From: Minisyncoccia bacterium
GTDB taxonomy: Bacteria; Patescibacteriota; Minisyncoccia; Phycocordibacterales; UBA918
Length of the DNA: 64,000 nucleotides
Assembly: GCA_964229335.1 (NCBI GenBank)
Contig: CAXRCZ010000007.1
Location: 1 to 64,000, forward strand
Reading direction: 5' to 3'
The notes under the pieces were generated by a model. The model was given only the letters and a program-made list of their open reading frames with translations, was not told the DNA's origin and made no database searches. Each line of letters opens with the position of its first letter. The first letter of the stretch is position 1. The position numbers and the translations under genes were made by a program. Positions 20,320 to 30,249 of the stretch are shown piece by piece.

Positions 20320-21447
20320 ATGTCAGAAGCAACTACCGTTGCGTCTTCAAACGCCACCATCACCGGAGGCGATTCAGCCAACATCATGCAGCATTTCCTA
20401 GCTGACACACCAGCCCCACTTGAAGCTGGACAAATTGTCGAAGGAACTGTATCAGCTGTTGGACGAGCTAAGGTATATATCGATATCCTTCCCTACGGAA
20501 CCGGTATTATCTATGGTCGTGAGTACATGAACGCTCGTGATATTCTTCGCAAAGTTTCAGTTGGTGACACCATTGCCTCAAAAGTGGTCGAACCAGAAAA
20601 CGAAGACGGATACATCGAATTATCACTCAAGGAAGCTCGCCAAGCCCTCATTTGGGGTGAAGCTGAAGAAGCTGCCAACCGTGGCACAGTAATGAGCCTT
20701 GAGGTTAAAGAAGCTAACAAAGGCGGACTTATTATCGAATGGCAAGGAATTCAAGGATTCTTACCGGCCTCACAGCTATCATCTGAGAATTATCCTCGGG
20801 TAGCTGATGGTGACAAGGACAAAATCCTAGTCGCTCTTAACGAGCTGGTTGGACAGCACCTGTCAGTCGCTATCATCACCGCTGACCAAAAAGAACACAA
20901 ACTTATCTTCTCTGAAAAGAGCCAGCAAGAAAAAGAAGAAAAAGGTGAAAAAGTGAACAAGTACGATGTTGGTGAAGTGGTCAAAGGTGAAGTCACCGGT
21001 GCAGTGGACTTTGGTATCTTTGTAAAACTTGAACCAGGCCTCGAAGGACTGGTACATATCTCTGAAATTGATTGGGGTCTAGTAGAAGACACCAAGTCTC
21101 TCTACAAAGTAGGTGATCAGATTGAAGTGAAAGTGATTGAAGTGAAAGATGACAAAATCTCACTCTCAATCAAGCAACTGAAAGAAAACCCTTGGGTGTC
21201 TGCTTCTAAGAAGTACACCAAGGATGAAGTAGTGGACGCGGTTGTTATCAAGTACAACAAACATGGTGCACTGGCTTCTATCGAAGAAGGCGTAGCTGGA
21301 TTGGTACATGTTTCTGAATTTGAATCAGAAGAACAACTCAAAGAGACCTTGTCGCTTGGCGGAGTGTACAAATTCAAAATTACTTTGTTCGAACCAAACG
21401 AACAGAAGATGACGCTATCTTACAAAGAAGCCCAGGCGAACTCTTAA
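20320..21447 (+). CDS. rpsA: 30S ribosomal protein S1 (four S1 domains)
   Basis: Repeated S1 domains (GFLPASQL, GLVHISEI, ISLSIKQL); likely ATG at 20320. Confidence 0.9.
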   Translation: MSEATTVASSNATITGGDSANIMQHFLADTPAPLEAGQIVEGTVSAVGRAKVYIDILPYGTGIIYGREYMNARDILRKVSVGDTIASKVVEPENEDGYIELSLKEARQALIWGEAEEAANRGTVMSLEVKEANKGGLIIEWQGIQGFLPASQLSSENYPRVADGDKDKILVALNELVGQHLSVAIITADQKEHKLIFSEKSQQEKEEKGEKVNKYDVGEVVKGEVTGAVDFGIFVKLEPGLEGLVHISEIDWGLVEDTKSLYKVGDQIEVKVIEVKDDKISLSIKQLKENPWVSASKKYTKDEVVDAVVIKYNKHGALASIEEGVAGLVHVSEFESEEQLKETLSLGGVYKFKITLFEPNEQKMTLSYKEAQANS

Positions 21448-21603
21448 AAATCGACAATTGAGTTGTTGGCTGGCACTGTAATCTTTCTCACCGTACAACC
21501 TAGTACGACTCGAAAAATTTCAGCTGGCCTCCTAAGCACTTGTCTGATTTTGAAACGCTCTCAAGACACAAAAATCCGCCTCGGCGGATTTTTTTGTGGT
21601 CCA

Positions 21604-22188
21604 CTATCTCATTTTCATGACTTCTTCGTATATAGTTGGAGAATACCGTTTAACTGCTGCTATGATTTGTTCAAGCCACTTAACCTCTTCGTCAAAATGC
21701 TCTTCTGAAAAACGAAAGAAGAGGAAAGCTTTCTCTTCTTCGGTCAAGCGTGACCAATCGCCCCATTGCACTAACTTACTCTCATTAGCATACGCTTCGA
21801 CTGCGGTCACTGGAAAATCCATTGCTTTTCCAAAACTAGCATGATCTCCTTTTCCAGTAGCATCAAGAGCTTCATGTAAATCTTCCATTGTAGCACCAAT
21901 AAAAAAGCGCGTTTCAATTAAACCGTGCTCCTCATGAGTACTGTGACGATTGAAAAAGACCCCTAATTCAGACAACATTTCTTCTGTGTAGTTAGCCTCT
22001 GATTCTGATACCTCAAATTCTCCAGCTTTTTTTATATTTAATGCAACGGCTAAAATAATTACTTTAGCTTGATGTGTAATTTCATATAACTTCTCAAGTT
22101 TTTTTATACCACTCAAAAATTCTGGAGACTCTCGATAAGTAATCCAATTTTCTTGTCTATTGTTGGGGTATGTTTCAAATCTCTCCAT
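21604..22188 (-). CDS. Hypothetical protein
   Basis: 194-aa ORF directly downstream of pth. Confidence 0.7.
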   Translation of the reverse strand: MERFETYPNNRQENWITYRESPEFLSGIKKLEKLYEITHQAKVIILAVALNIKKAGEFEVSESEANYTEEMLSELGVFFNRHSTHEEHGLIETRFFIGATMEDLHEALDATGKGDHASFGKAMDFPVTAVEAYANESKLVQWGDWSRLTEEEKAFLFFRFSEEHFDEEVKWLEQIIAAVKRYSPTIYEEVMKMR

Positions 22189-22192
22189 ATGA

Positions 22193-22780
22193 TTAATTGA
22201 ATCTGTTCATCGCGACTTCGGGGCCGTTTTTTAGTATCTCCTGAAGTGCTTTATAAGTCTTTTCCAACACTTCATTGAGCTGCTTTTCCTCTTTCTTGCT
22301 AAATGGCTTGAGTACGAAACTTTCGAGCACCCTTCCCCCTCGCGGTCGCTTGACTTCGCCAGTCCAAAAACTAGTGGGAGCTATGCCGATACGAATTCTA
22401 ATAAAATCTTTGCTGCCAAGCTTTGAAATGATGGATTTGATGCCGTTGTTACCACCATCACCCCTACCCTTACCAATTTTAATCGTACCAAATGGCAAGT
22501 CCACATCATCGTGAACAACAATTAAATTCTGAATCTCATCCTTCGAGACAAATTTTGCCACCGCTGAGCCAGAGTTATTCATATATGTGTCAGGGTATAT
22601 GAGCTTCACTGATACTCCGCTAATACTACCTTCAGTCAGGTGGGCACTATTTTTCTTCTCGTGCACCAAAGCCGGTAGTGAGGCCTGTTCTCTCATGTAA
22701 TCCAGCAGCATCCAGCCAACATTGTGACGGGTTTCTTCATACTTTGTACCTGGATTCCCTAGTCCTACGATGTAATGCAT
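22193..22780 (-). CDS. pth: Peptidyl-tRNA hydrolase
   Basis: GLGNPG, TRHNVG, TYMNNSG, HDDVDL, RIRIGI. Confidence 0.95.
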   Translation of the reverse strand: MHYIVGLGNPGTKYEETRHNVGWMLLDYMREQASLPALVHEKKNSAHLTEGSISGVSVKLIYPDTYMNNSGSAVAKFVSKDEIQNLIVVHDDVDLPFGTIKIGKGRGDGGNNGIKSIISKLGSKDFIRIRIGIAPTSFWTGEVKRPRGGRVLESFVLKPFSKKEEKQLNEVLEKTYKALQEILKNGPEVAMNRFN

Positions 22781-22821
22781 TCTTAAAACAATAGCATGTT
22801 GTTTAGTGTTTTCGGAGGGCG

Positions 22822-22919
22822 GTGTTGGGTCGGCGCTGTGATTGGAATCTCGCGGAGCAATCTAAGATTGTGAGCGGAGAACTCGATTCGTGTTCTAAGC
22901 ACAGTGCCGACCCAATCAC
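22822..22919. repeat. About 100-nt element with terminal inverted repeats (MITE/REP-like)
   Basis: ttgggtcggcgctgtg (22825-22840) pairs with cacagtgccgacccaa (22900-22915); internal hairpins. Confidence 0.6.
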
Positions 22920-23063
22920 TTCAGAGTAATTTAACTAATAGTAGTTGATGTTGTACTTTCTTTACAGCTCACTACAATCATATTCTTCCTAGAGAAGTCG
23001 AATCTGATTAAGTGCCTGTATAAGTACTTGCTTTAACTGTCGGCAACGGAACAGACTTCCTTT

Positions 23064-23123
23064 GCCGCTCGCTACAGCCAAAATATCCCTTGAGAGGTCG
23101 ATTCTGGCTAAGCGCCGGCATAA
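23064..23123 (+). repeat. 60-nt conserved hairpin motif, copy 1 (candidate ncRNA)
   Basis: 55/60 identical to the reverse complement of 45001-45060. Confidence 0.75.
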
Positions 23124-23213
23124 GCAAAATTTAGTCGCAACTTTGTTGCTCGTGATTTTGCTTAATTTGTTTTACCTTCTAAAATTTCGTATAATAATAA
23201 AAATCATCTTCTC

Positions 23214-23834
23214 ATGGCGTTATTTTCTCAACAACCCTCCACTGATCTTTCTACCGACACCACCAAACCGGAGAAGAAGGAGCATCCTCTCGCAGAAATT
23301 GTCCGCTTTTCTATCATCGCCATTATTATCGTAGTCCCGATTCGGTTATTTATTGCTCAACCATTTATTGTCTCTGGCGCATCTATGGAAGAGACATTTT
23401 ATACCGGTGAGTATTTGATAATTGATCAAGTAACTTACCACTTTGATGAGCCTGCTCGCGGTGAAGTAATCATATTCCGCTACCCCCGTGATCCATCAAA
23501 ATTCTTTATTAAGCGAGTGATTGGCTTACCAGGAGAAACCATTTCAATCATTGATAACGAAGTGACAATATCTAATCAAAATTCACCCAATGGCTTTGTA
23601 CTAGACGAACCATACATCGCTCAAATGACACCGACCGCTCCATTCACTACCACCCTCAGTGAAGATGAATATTTTGTGATGGGTGATAATCGTGATAAAA
23701 GCTCTGACTCTCGCACCTGGGGACCACTGGAAGAGGATAAGATTATTGGCAGAGCGTGGGTACGACTGTTTCCGCCTCAGTCATTTGAGTTTTTTCCAGG
23801 CGCCATTACTAGCGTAACTAATACCTCTAACTAA
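23214..23834 (+). CDS. lepB: Signal peptidase I
   Basis: VSGASM catalytic Ser, IKRVIGLPG, GDNRDKSSDSR. Confidence 0.95.
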   Translation: MALFSQQPSTDLSTDTTKPEKKEHPLAEIVRFSIIAIIIVVPIRLFIAQPFIVSGASMEETFYTGEYLIIDQVTYHFDEPARGEVIIFRYPRDPSKFFIKRVIGLPGETISIIDNEVTISNQNSPNGFVLDEPYIAQMTPTAPFTTTLSEDEYFVMGDNRDKSSDSRTWGPLEEDKIIGRAWVRLFPPQSFEFFPGAITSVTNTSN

Positions 23835-23835
23835 T

Positions 23836-24996
23836 ATGTCTTACTCTCCAACAGATTTCCTTAAAACTGCTCGCCAAGTGGCTGAACACTTTGGATTTCG
23901 GGAGGCTGAGCAACTCAAAAAAGAAACTGAGTGCAAAGAGTGCACTGTCACCCTTCCCCATTCAGTCACTGGTCTTAATAAGCGTGTTGATGAACAAAAT
24001 GGTTTGTTGAGTTCGGGACTAGTTACCTACTGTGAAGACCAGCTTCATGCGTTTGATCGACCGGTTCTCTTTTACTCTATTGCCCAAACCCCACGAACCG
24101 GTGAAGCGGCGGTAATCTTTCATGTCTTCAATGCTGAAAAAAGCATTGCTGAAGCCTTACTCATTCAAACTGCCCGTGCTTTAGCTACTGACCTCGGCCA
24201 CACTGAACACTCAGTGCGAATTAATTCACTTGGAGACCGAGATTCAGTCGCGCGATATACGCGCGAGTTGACTAATTTCCTTAAGAAACGAATGGACACT
24301 ATGTCGTCTGAGGCTCGTGAGTTAATGAAAGAACACCCTCTGCGTGCCCTGAGTCAACTCATTAAGGAAAATCATGAACTGGCCCAGCGTTCACCTAACC
24401 CTCTAGAATACTTGAGCGATCCGAGCCGCAAGCACTTTCGAGAGATCATTGAATTTCTCGATATGAGTGACACTCCATATGAGATAGACCCAAAGATGAT
24501 GGCTCACCATGAATGCTACTCAGACGCTATTTTCTCTATCGACTTGCTAGGCGAAGACGAGCCGCCGCTAACTATCCAAGGCGGTCGATTTGACGAATTT
24601 GTTCACCGCAACACGCACGCTCGCACACCTGCCGCTGGTGTAGTGGTGACCCTTAAAAATTCCAAGACCCCTGCTCGACTACCTCGTATAAAAAGTATCA
24701 CCCCAGCGGTATATGTAGTTCACCTCGGCTTTGGACCAAAAATCCGCAGTTTGCTGCTGATAGACGCTCTTAAACAAGCTGGTGTGCCTGTCTTTCACGA
24801 CCTAACGTCTGATTCATTATCAGCGCAGCTGCGCGATGCGGAAAACAAAGGGGTGAAGTACTCCATCATTATCGGGCAAAAAGAATTTGTCGAAGATACA
24901 GTGATACTGCGCGATATGGACGCTCGAAACCAGGAATTTGTTAATATGCACGAAGCTGTCAAACGCCTGCGCCGAAAAAGTAGTGTGACGCTCTAA
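23836..24996 (+). CDS. Histidyl-tRNA-synthetase-like protein with HGTP anticodon-binding domain; catalytic motifs degenerate
   Basis: RINSLGD, GGRFD, C-terminal IIIGQKE...VILRDM; class II motif 2 not recognisable. Confidence 0.65.
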   Translation: MSYSPTDFLKTARQVAEHFGFREAEQLKKETECKECTVTLPHSVTGLNKRVDEQNGLLSSGLVTYCEDQLHAFDRPVLFYSIAQTPRTGEAAVIFHVFNAEKSIAEALLIQTARALATDLGHTEHSVRINSLGDRDSVARYTRELTNFLKKRMDTMSSEARELMKEHPLRALSQLIKENHELAQRSPNPLEYLSDPSRKHFREIIEFLDMSDTPYEIDPKMMAHHECYSDAIFSIDLLGEDEPPLTIQGGRFDEFVHRNTHARTPAAGVVVTLKNSKTPARLPRIKSITPAVYVVHLGFGPKIRSLLLIDALKQAGVPVFHDLTSDSLSAQLRDAENKGVKYSIIIGQKEFVEDTVILRDMDARNQEFVNMHEAVKRLRRKSSVTL

Positions 24997-25041
24997 ATAG
25001 TCTTGCTAATCTCGGCGAGTGATGCTATGCTCTTGCGACCT

Positions 25042-25284
25042 ATGGCAACCAATGTTGAAGTAACAAAAAACAATAATGAGAGTAGCGCGAACGTAATTCG
25101 TCGCTTTACAAAGCGTGTACAAGGCGCCGGGATCATTCCTAAAGTGCGAAATAATCGCTACCACTCTCGCAACAAGAGTCGCAATGTACAACGCACTGCT
25201 AAACTCAAAAAACTGGAGAAACGTGATCGATACGAAAAACTCGTAAAGCTAGGCAAGATTCAAGATTTTCGTTCTCGCCGGTAA
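25042..25284 (+). CDS. rpsU: 30S ribosomal protein S21-like
   Basis: VEVTKNNNESSANVIRRFTKRVQGAGI...RYH, basic small protein. Confidence 0.8.
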   Translation: MATNVEVTKNNNESSANVIRRFTKRVQGAGIIPKVRNNRYHSRNKSRNVQRTAKLKKLEKRDRYEKLVKLGKIQDFRSRR

Positions 25285-25352
25285 AACCAAAAACCGCGCC
25301 GTTAGCATCTGCTCACGGCGCGGTTTTTTAGTAGTGTATAATAACATTTGCT

Positions 25353-25736
25353 ATGTCTAATTCTGTCACCGTCTCAGCTACCGTCTCCGACTATCCGGTG
25401 TGGCCGTATGAAGCAATCAAAAACGAAATCCTTGGCCAGCGTTACGAGCTATCTCTTACCTTCATTGGCCGCGACCGTGCCGCCACTTTAAATAAAAAAT
25501 ACCGGAACAAAGACTACATTCCAAATATACTCTCTTTCCCTCTAGATGAAAAAGTGGGCGAAATATATATTTGTCCAGACATTGCCAAGAGAGAGGCTAC
25601 TAAGTTTTCCCTCACTCCCAGAGGACATGTCGCTTTCTTATTTATCCACGGTTGTCTGCATTTGAAAGGACATGACCACGGGGATACAATGGAAAAACAA
25701 GAGCAAGCGTATTTGCGTAAGTTCAAAATTACATAA
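25353..25736 (+). CDS. ybeY: rRNA maturation endoribonuclease YbeY
   Basis: NILSFP, GEIYIC, HGCLHLKGHDH. Confidence 0.93.
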   Translation: MSNSVTVSATVSDYPVWPYEAIKNEILGQRYELSLTFIGRDRAATLNKKYRNKDYIPNILSFPLDEKVGEIYICPDIAKREATKFSLTPRGHVAFLFIHGCLHLKGHDHGDTMEKQEQAYLRKFKIT

Positions 25737-25739
25737 TCT

Positions 25740-26915
25740 ATGGCTGATCAAATCATCACTGGTATCGATATTGGAACCTACCACATTAAAGTGGCAGTGG
25801 CTCGTGTGGTTAAAAATCAGTCAGGGTCACAAAAACCTGAAATCATTGCCACTGGCCTATCAGAAAGCCGTGGTCTAAAAAATGGCTACATACTACAACC
25901 AGGCGAGGTATCACGTAGTCTCAAAGCTGCCCTCACTCAAGCCGAAAGAACAGCTGGAATTAGCATTAAAAAGGCTCATGTAGCAATTGGTAGTATTGGT
26001 CTTGAAGAAATTTACTCTCACGGCGAAATCATTCCGACCCGAGCAGATTCCGAAGTGACATCCACTGACACTGAAAAGTTAATGCAGGATAGCGAGGAAC
26101 GCGTCCTTGACCATATTCCTAATCGCCGCATCCTGCATGGAATTCCGCTTCGATACACCATCGACGGCACTGAAGTCTTGGGTCGACCGCAAGGTCTCAA
26201 GGGTACCAAGCTCGAGGTTGATAGTTTGTTCATTACTACCTACGAACAGCATGTGAATGATTTAATTAGCACCATCGAAAACACCGGTGTATACGTAGAA
26301 GATGTCATCGCATCCCCGCTTGCTGCCAGCTTTGTACTGCTCTCCAAAGCCCAAAAGAGAGCCGGGTGTGTACTAGCTAACATAGGGGCTGAAACAACCT
26401 CAGTGGTAGTATTTGAAGAATCCACCCCCATCTCTCTCAAAATTTTTCCAGTCGGGAGCGCTGACGTTACCAACGACCTAGCGCTTGGCTTGCGAGTACC
26501 ACTAGAAGAAGCTGAGAAGATAAAACGCGGTGCTATGACGAGCGCAACGTTTTCCAAAAAGAAAGTAGATGAAATTATTACCGAACGATTGAAAGGAATA
26601 TTTGACCTGGTAGAAAATCATCTCAAACATATCAAACGTGACGGTCTGTTGCCAGCAGGAATTATTATGACAGGCGGTGGTGCCTCTCTACCTCAAACGG
26701 TTGATGTCGCTAAAGAGACCCTATCTCTACCAGCAAGGACAGCGAATTTAGAAATAGGTAAAGGAAAAAATGTCAAAGGACGCGATGTGTCATGGGCGGT
26801 AGCATACGGATTGTGTATGTGGGGTGCCAGTGACACTGCCGATACCTCAGCTATCGGAGTAGTTAAAAAAACCAGACACAATCTGTTAGCTTGGCTTAGT
26901 CAATTCCTACCATAA
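25740..26915 (+). CDS. ftsA: Cell division protein FtsA
   Basis: GIDIGT, NIGAETT, MTGGGA; upstream of ftsZ. Confidence 0.93.
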   Translation: MADQIITGIDIGTYHIKVAVARVVKNQSGSQKPEIIATGLSESRGLKNGYILQPGEVSRSLKAALTQAERTAGISIKKAHVAIGSIGLEEIYSHGEIIPTRADSEVTSTDTEKLMQDSEERVLDHIPNRRILHGIPLRYTIDGTEVLGRPQGLKGTKLEVDSLFITTYEQHVNDLISTIENTGVYVEDVIASPLAASFVLLSKAQKRAGCVLANIGAETTSVVVFEESTPISLKIFPVGSADVTNDLALGLRVPLEEAEKIKRGAMTSATFSKKKVDEIITERLKGIFDLVENHLKHIKRDGLLPAGIIMTGGGASLPQTVDVAKETLSLPARTANLEIGKGKNVKGRDVSWAVAYGLCMWGASDTADTSAIGVVKKTRHNLLAWLSQFLP

Positions 26916-27061
26916 ACTAACTTTAGATAGTAAAAGTCAATTACACGAATGTGAGATATGTCAATAGGATGACAGGTCTTTTTTGTTTGTGTATGATAGA
27001 TGATGTTACTAGCTACGAACACGACTGATGGGTGGTGAGTAGGTGAAAAATAATCTTCAGT

Positions 27062-28291
27062 ATGGAACAAATTAAATCAGACGTAGAGTCATTTGCACGT
27101 ATAAGAGTCGTTGGTGTCGGCGGCTCTGGAAAGAACGCCGTGAACCACATGGTGAACTCAAAAGTTAAAGGAGTGGAATTTATTGCAGTAAACAGTGACG
27201 CCCAAGACTTACATCACTCGCTAGCTAAGAAAAAAATTCACATCGGTAAGAACCTCACCCGCGGTCTAGGAGCTGGTGGTAACCCTGACATGGGTCGCCG
27301 CGCTGCTGAAGAAACTCGAGAAGAAATCGCCAACGCCATCAAAGGATCAGATATGATCTTCATCACTGGAGGAATGGGTGGAGGTACCGGTACCGGATCT
27401 GCTCCCGTCGTAGCTAAAATCGCTCGTGAAAGTGGTGCTCTCACTGTTGGTGTAGTGACTAAACCATTCTTATTTGAAGGCCAAGAGCGTATGCGTCTTG
27501 CTTTGCAAGGAATCGAAGAACTGAAGAAAGAGGTTGATGCACTCATCACCATCCCTAACGATCGCTTGCTAGCAATTGTAGACAAGGAGACCACTGTTAA
27601 AAACGCGTTTGAGCAGTGTGACAACGTTCTACGTCAAGCGGTAGAAGGTATCTCTGACCTGATTACCATGCCAGGTATCATCAATGTCGACTTCGCTGAC
27701 ATCCGCAGCGTAATGGAAAATGCCGGCTCAGCCTTGATGGGTGTAGGTATTTCTTCTGGCGACAAGCGTGCTGAGGAAGCTTCTCGAGACGCTATTAACT
27801 CTCCCCTATTGGAAGTTTCGATTACTGGAGCGAAAGGTGTTCTATTCGCCATCGCTGGTGGAGATGATCTTGGTATGCTCGAAATCCAAGACGCGGCACG
27901 GGTAATCACTGAATCAATTGATTCTCAAGCAAAAGTTATCTTCGGAGCAATTCGTGACGAGAAGTTGAAGAAGAATGAAATCAAAGTCACCGTTATCGCT
28001 ACTGGTTTCCCTGACGAAACTCTCAACACCGGTGGCATGCATATCTCTCGCCGAGCTCCGATTCAAGAGGATGATGAAGATATAGAGATTACACCAACCA
28101 AAGGAAAGATATTTAACTCTCTACCAAAGAAAGCTGAGGAAACACCAGCTCCAGCAGCAAACACTAATCAGTCTTCACGTCCAGAAATTCCCAAACGTGA
28201 ACCAAAACCAGTCGACGCGAGTGAAGACTCTGATGAAGAGGACGATTGGGGGGCGGTACCCGCATTTCTGCGACGAAGTAAGCTGAAATAA
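27062..28291 (+). CDS. ftsZ: Cell division protein FtsZ
   Basis: [10 protein letters not shown] tubulin motif, NVDFAD, C-terminal VPAFLRR. Confidence 0.98.
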   Translation: MEQIKSDVESFARIRVVGVGGSGKNAVNHMVNSKVKGVEFIAVNSDAQDLHHSLAKKKIHIGKNLTRGLGAGGNPDMGRRAAEETREEIANAIKGSDMIFITGGMGGGTGTGSAPVVAKIARESGALTVGVVTKPFLFEGQERMRLALQGIEELKKEVDALITIPNDRLLAIVDKETTVKNAFEQCDNVLRQAVEGISDLITMPGIINVDFADIRSVMENAGSALMGVGISSGDKRAEEASRDAINSPLLEVSITGAKGVLFAIAGGDDLGMLEIQDAARVITESIDSQAKVIFGAIRDEKLKKNEIKVTVIATGFPDETLNTGGMHISRRAPIQEDDEDIEITPTKGKIFNSLPKKAEETPAPAANTNQSSRPEIPKREPKPVDASEDSDEEDDWGAVPAFLRRSKLK

Positions 28292-28432
28292 GGGTACCGC
28301 CAAGCGCAGCGATGTGAGGAGCGGCTCTATCCCGCAGCGACGAGAAGCGAGCTGGGGTCGCGAGTACTTAGTGCTCGCAACTAACGAAGTTAGTGAAAAC
28401 ACTTAGTAACTTGTGACCGGTACCAGCGTTCT
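28292..28432 (+). mobile_element. Target-foldback structured element, ftsZ copy
   Basis: gggtaccgc = rc of ftsZ 28253-28261; core gcgagctggggtcgcgagtactt...ttagtaacttgtgacc; ends in cggtaccagcgttc resembling ftsZ cggtacccgcattt. Confidence 0.7.
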
Positions 28433-28542
28433 AAAAACTACAATTTATCTTCCCAACAGAAACCATCTAGACTACTAGGTGGTTTCTTCATTAGATTGCC
28501 CTACTCTGGTATGATGGTGGACACCTTACGAGTAAGAAATTA

Positions 28543-29469
28543 ATGATGTACGATTTGATAATTATCGGTGGTGGACCAGCGGGTTCTGCAGCCGCCGTAT
28601 ACGCTTCCCGCAAACAACTACGCACCCTTATGGTTACAAAGGAATGGGGTGGACAGAGTATCGTCTCTCCTGATATCCAAAACTGGATTGGTAGTCCTTC
28701 TATTAGTGGTAGCGAATTGGCCGACTCCCTTAAGAAACATGTCGAAACCTACGCAGAAGGCATTGTAGACATTGTTTCTGACCAACTAGTCACCGACCTG
28801 ACTTCTGATGGCGATACTGCGACAGCGACTCTATCAGACGGTACAGAGCACTCTGCCTCTGCAGTTCTTATTGCTACCGGCTCAAATCGACGTCGACTTG
28901 ATGTACCTGGAGCTGACAAATTTGAGCACAAGGGTGTGACATACTGTGCCAGCTGTGACGGTCCTCTCTTCGCTGGTCAAGACGTAGCAGTGATAGGCGG
29001 CGGTAACGCTGGATTTGAGACCGCCGCTCAGCTTCTAGCCTATACTAAGAGCGTGACGCTATTGCACCATAGCGACGAGTTTAAAGCCGATCCAGTTACT
29101 ATCGAAAAGGTACTAGCTCATGAAAACATGCGTGGCATCACCAACGCCAACACTCTTTCTATTGAAGGAGACAAATTTGTCACTTCACTCACCTACGAAG
29201 ACACTTCGACAGGCGAAAAAGAAACCTTACCAGTAGCTGGTGTGTTTGTGGAGATTGGGATGATTCCCAATACTGACTTTGTTGGTGACACAGTAGAACT
29301 GGATGAGTACCAACGCATCAAGATTGACCCATGGACACAGCAAACCAATGTGAAAAATATTTGGGCAGCTGGTGATTGTACTAATATCCACTACCACCAA
29401 AACAACATCTCTGCCGGCGACGCCGTCCGCGCCCTCGAAGACATCTATGTCAACCTCAAAGCTAAATAA
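28543..29469 (+). CDS. trxB: Thioredoxin reductase-like FAD oxidoreductase
   Basis: IIGGGPAG, YCASCDG redox CxxC, GGGNAG, AAGDCT. Confidence 0.88.
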   Translation: MMYDLIIIGGGPAGSAAAVYASRKQLRTLMVTKEWGGQSIVSPDIQNWIGSPSISGSELADSLKKHVETYAEGIVDIVSDQLVTDLTSDGDTATATLSDGTEHSASAVLIATGSNRRRLDVPGADKFEHKGVTYCASCDGPLFAGQDVAVIGGGNAGFETAAQLLAYTKSVTLLHHSDEFKADPVTIEKVLAHENMRGITNANTLSIEGDKFVTSLTYEDTSTGEKETLPVAGVFVEIGMIPNTDFVGDTVELDEYQRIKIDPWTQQTNVKNIWAAGDCTNIHYHQNNISAGDAVRALEDIYVNLKAK

Positions 29470-30073
29470 GATTGAAGAAACCAAAAACTATTACAATGAG
29501 CGTGCTGAAGATTGGGCTCGTGTAAAGACTAATAGTTTTTACCATGAAAAAGAATTCTCTAAATTCGCGAGTCTACTCCCGGAAAAGTCTGAAATTCTAG
29601 ATATAGGATGCGCTAACGGTAGTCTCGTACCACTTTTCTTTGGTATCGGCCGACATCTGGAATACCACGGTATTGACATCAGTGAATCATTTTTAAATAT
29701 TGCTAGAAGAAGATATCCTCAACTTTGTTTCGAATTGGGAAACATTGCTGATATTGCTTCTCTACCAAACAAGACCTTTGATGGTTTTCTTGCTACCGCA
29801 GTACTTATGCATGTGCCACTTGAGCAATGGAATCAGATGTTTAGTAACATTGAAAAAATGATGCGGTCTGGAGCGGTAGGATATCTTTCGTTTCCATCCC
29901 AGCACCCCTCTGGAGACAAAGAAAATGAAGATCCTCGACAATTCACTATCCTTAACCCTACTCAGCAAAAGCAATATATAGCGGACCGAGGCTGGCAGAT
30001 TATTCATTCCGGAATACAAGATGGATATTCAGTGAAAAGTATATGGAATTGGTATATCGTAAAACTACCATAA
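29447..30073 (+). CDS. Class I SAM-dependent methyltransferase
   Basis: ILDIGCANG, GIDISE; likely start MSTSK. Confidence 0.85.
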   Translation: MSTSKLNKIEETKNYYNERAEDWARVKTNSFYHEKEFSKFASLLPEKSEILDIGCANGSLVPLFFGIGRHLEYHGIDISESFLNIARRRYPQLCFELGNIADIASLPNKTFDGFLATAVLMHVPLEQWNQMFSNIEKMMRSGAVGYLSFPSQHPSGDKENEDPRQFTILNPTQQKQYIADRGWQIIHSGIQDGYSVKSIWNWYIVKLP

Positions 30074-30235
30074 GCAAAAGCGCCCAAAGGGCGCTTTTGC
30101 TGTACAACGTAGAGCTTTGGCCTGCACGCATTGTCCGTAGCCTCGGAACAAAGTATTAAATACTTCACCACCGCGCAAACCTATACCTAGCATCGCACAC
30201 AGGGTTCATGAGTCAATAAGCTACCGAAATAGCTA
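30073..30235 (-). ncRNA. Candidate rod-shaped small RNA
   Basis: Minus strand forms G.U-rich long stem cctgtgtgcg/tgcgtgcagg, apical stem, UUCG hairpin at the 5' end, terminator at 30073-30101. Confidence 0.4.
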
Positions 30236-30249
30236 TAAATATAGTTCGC

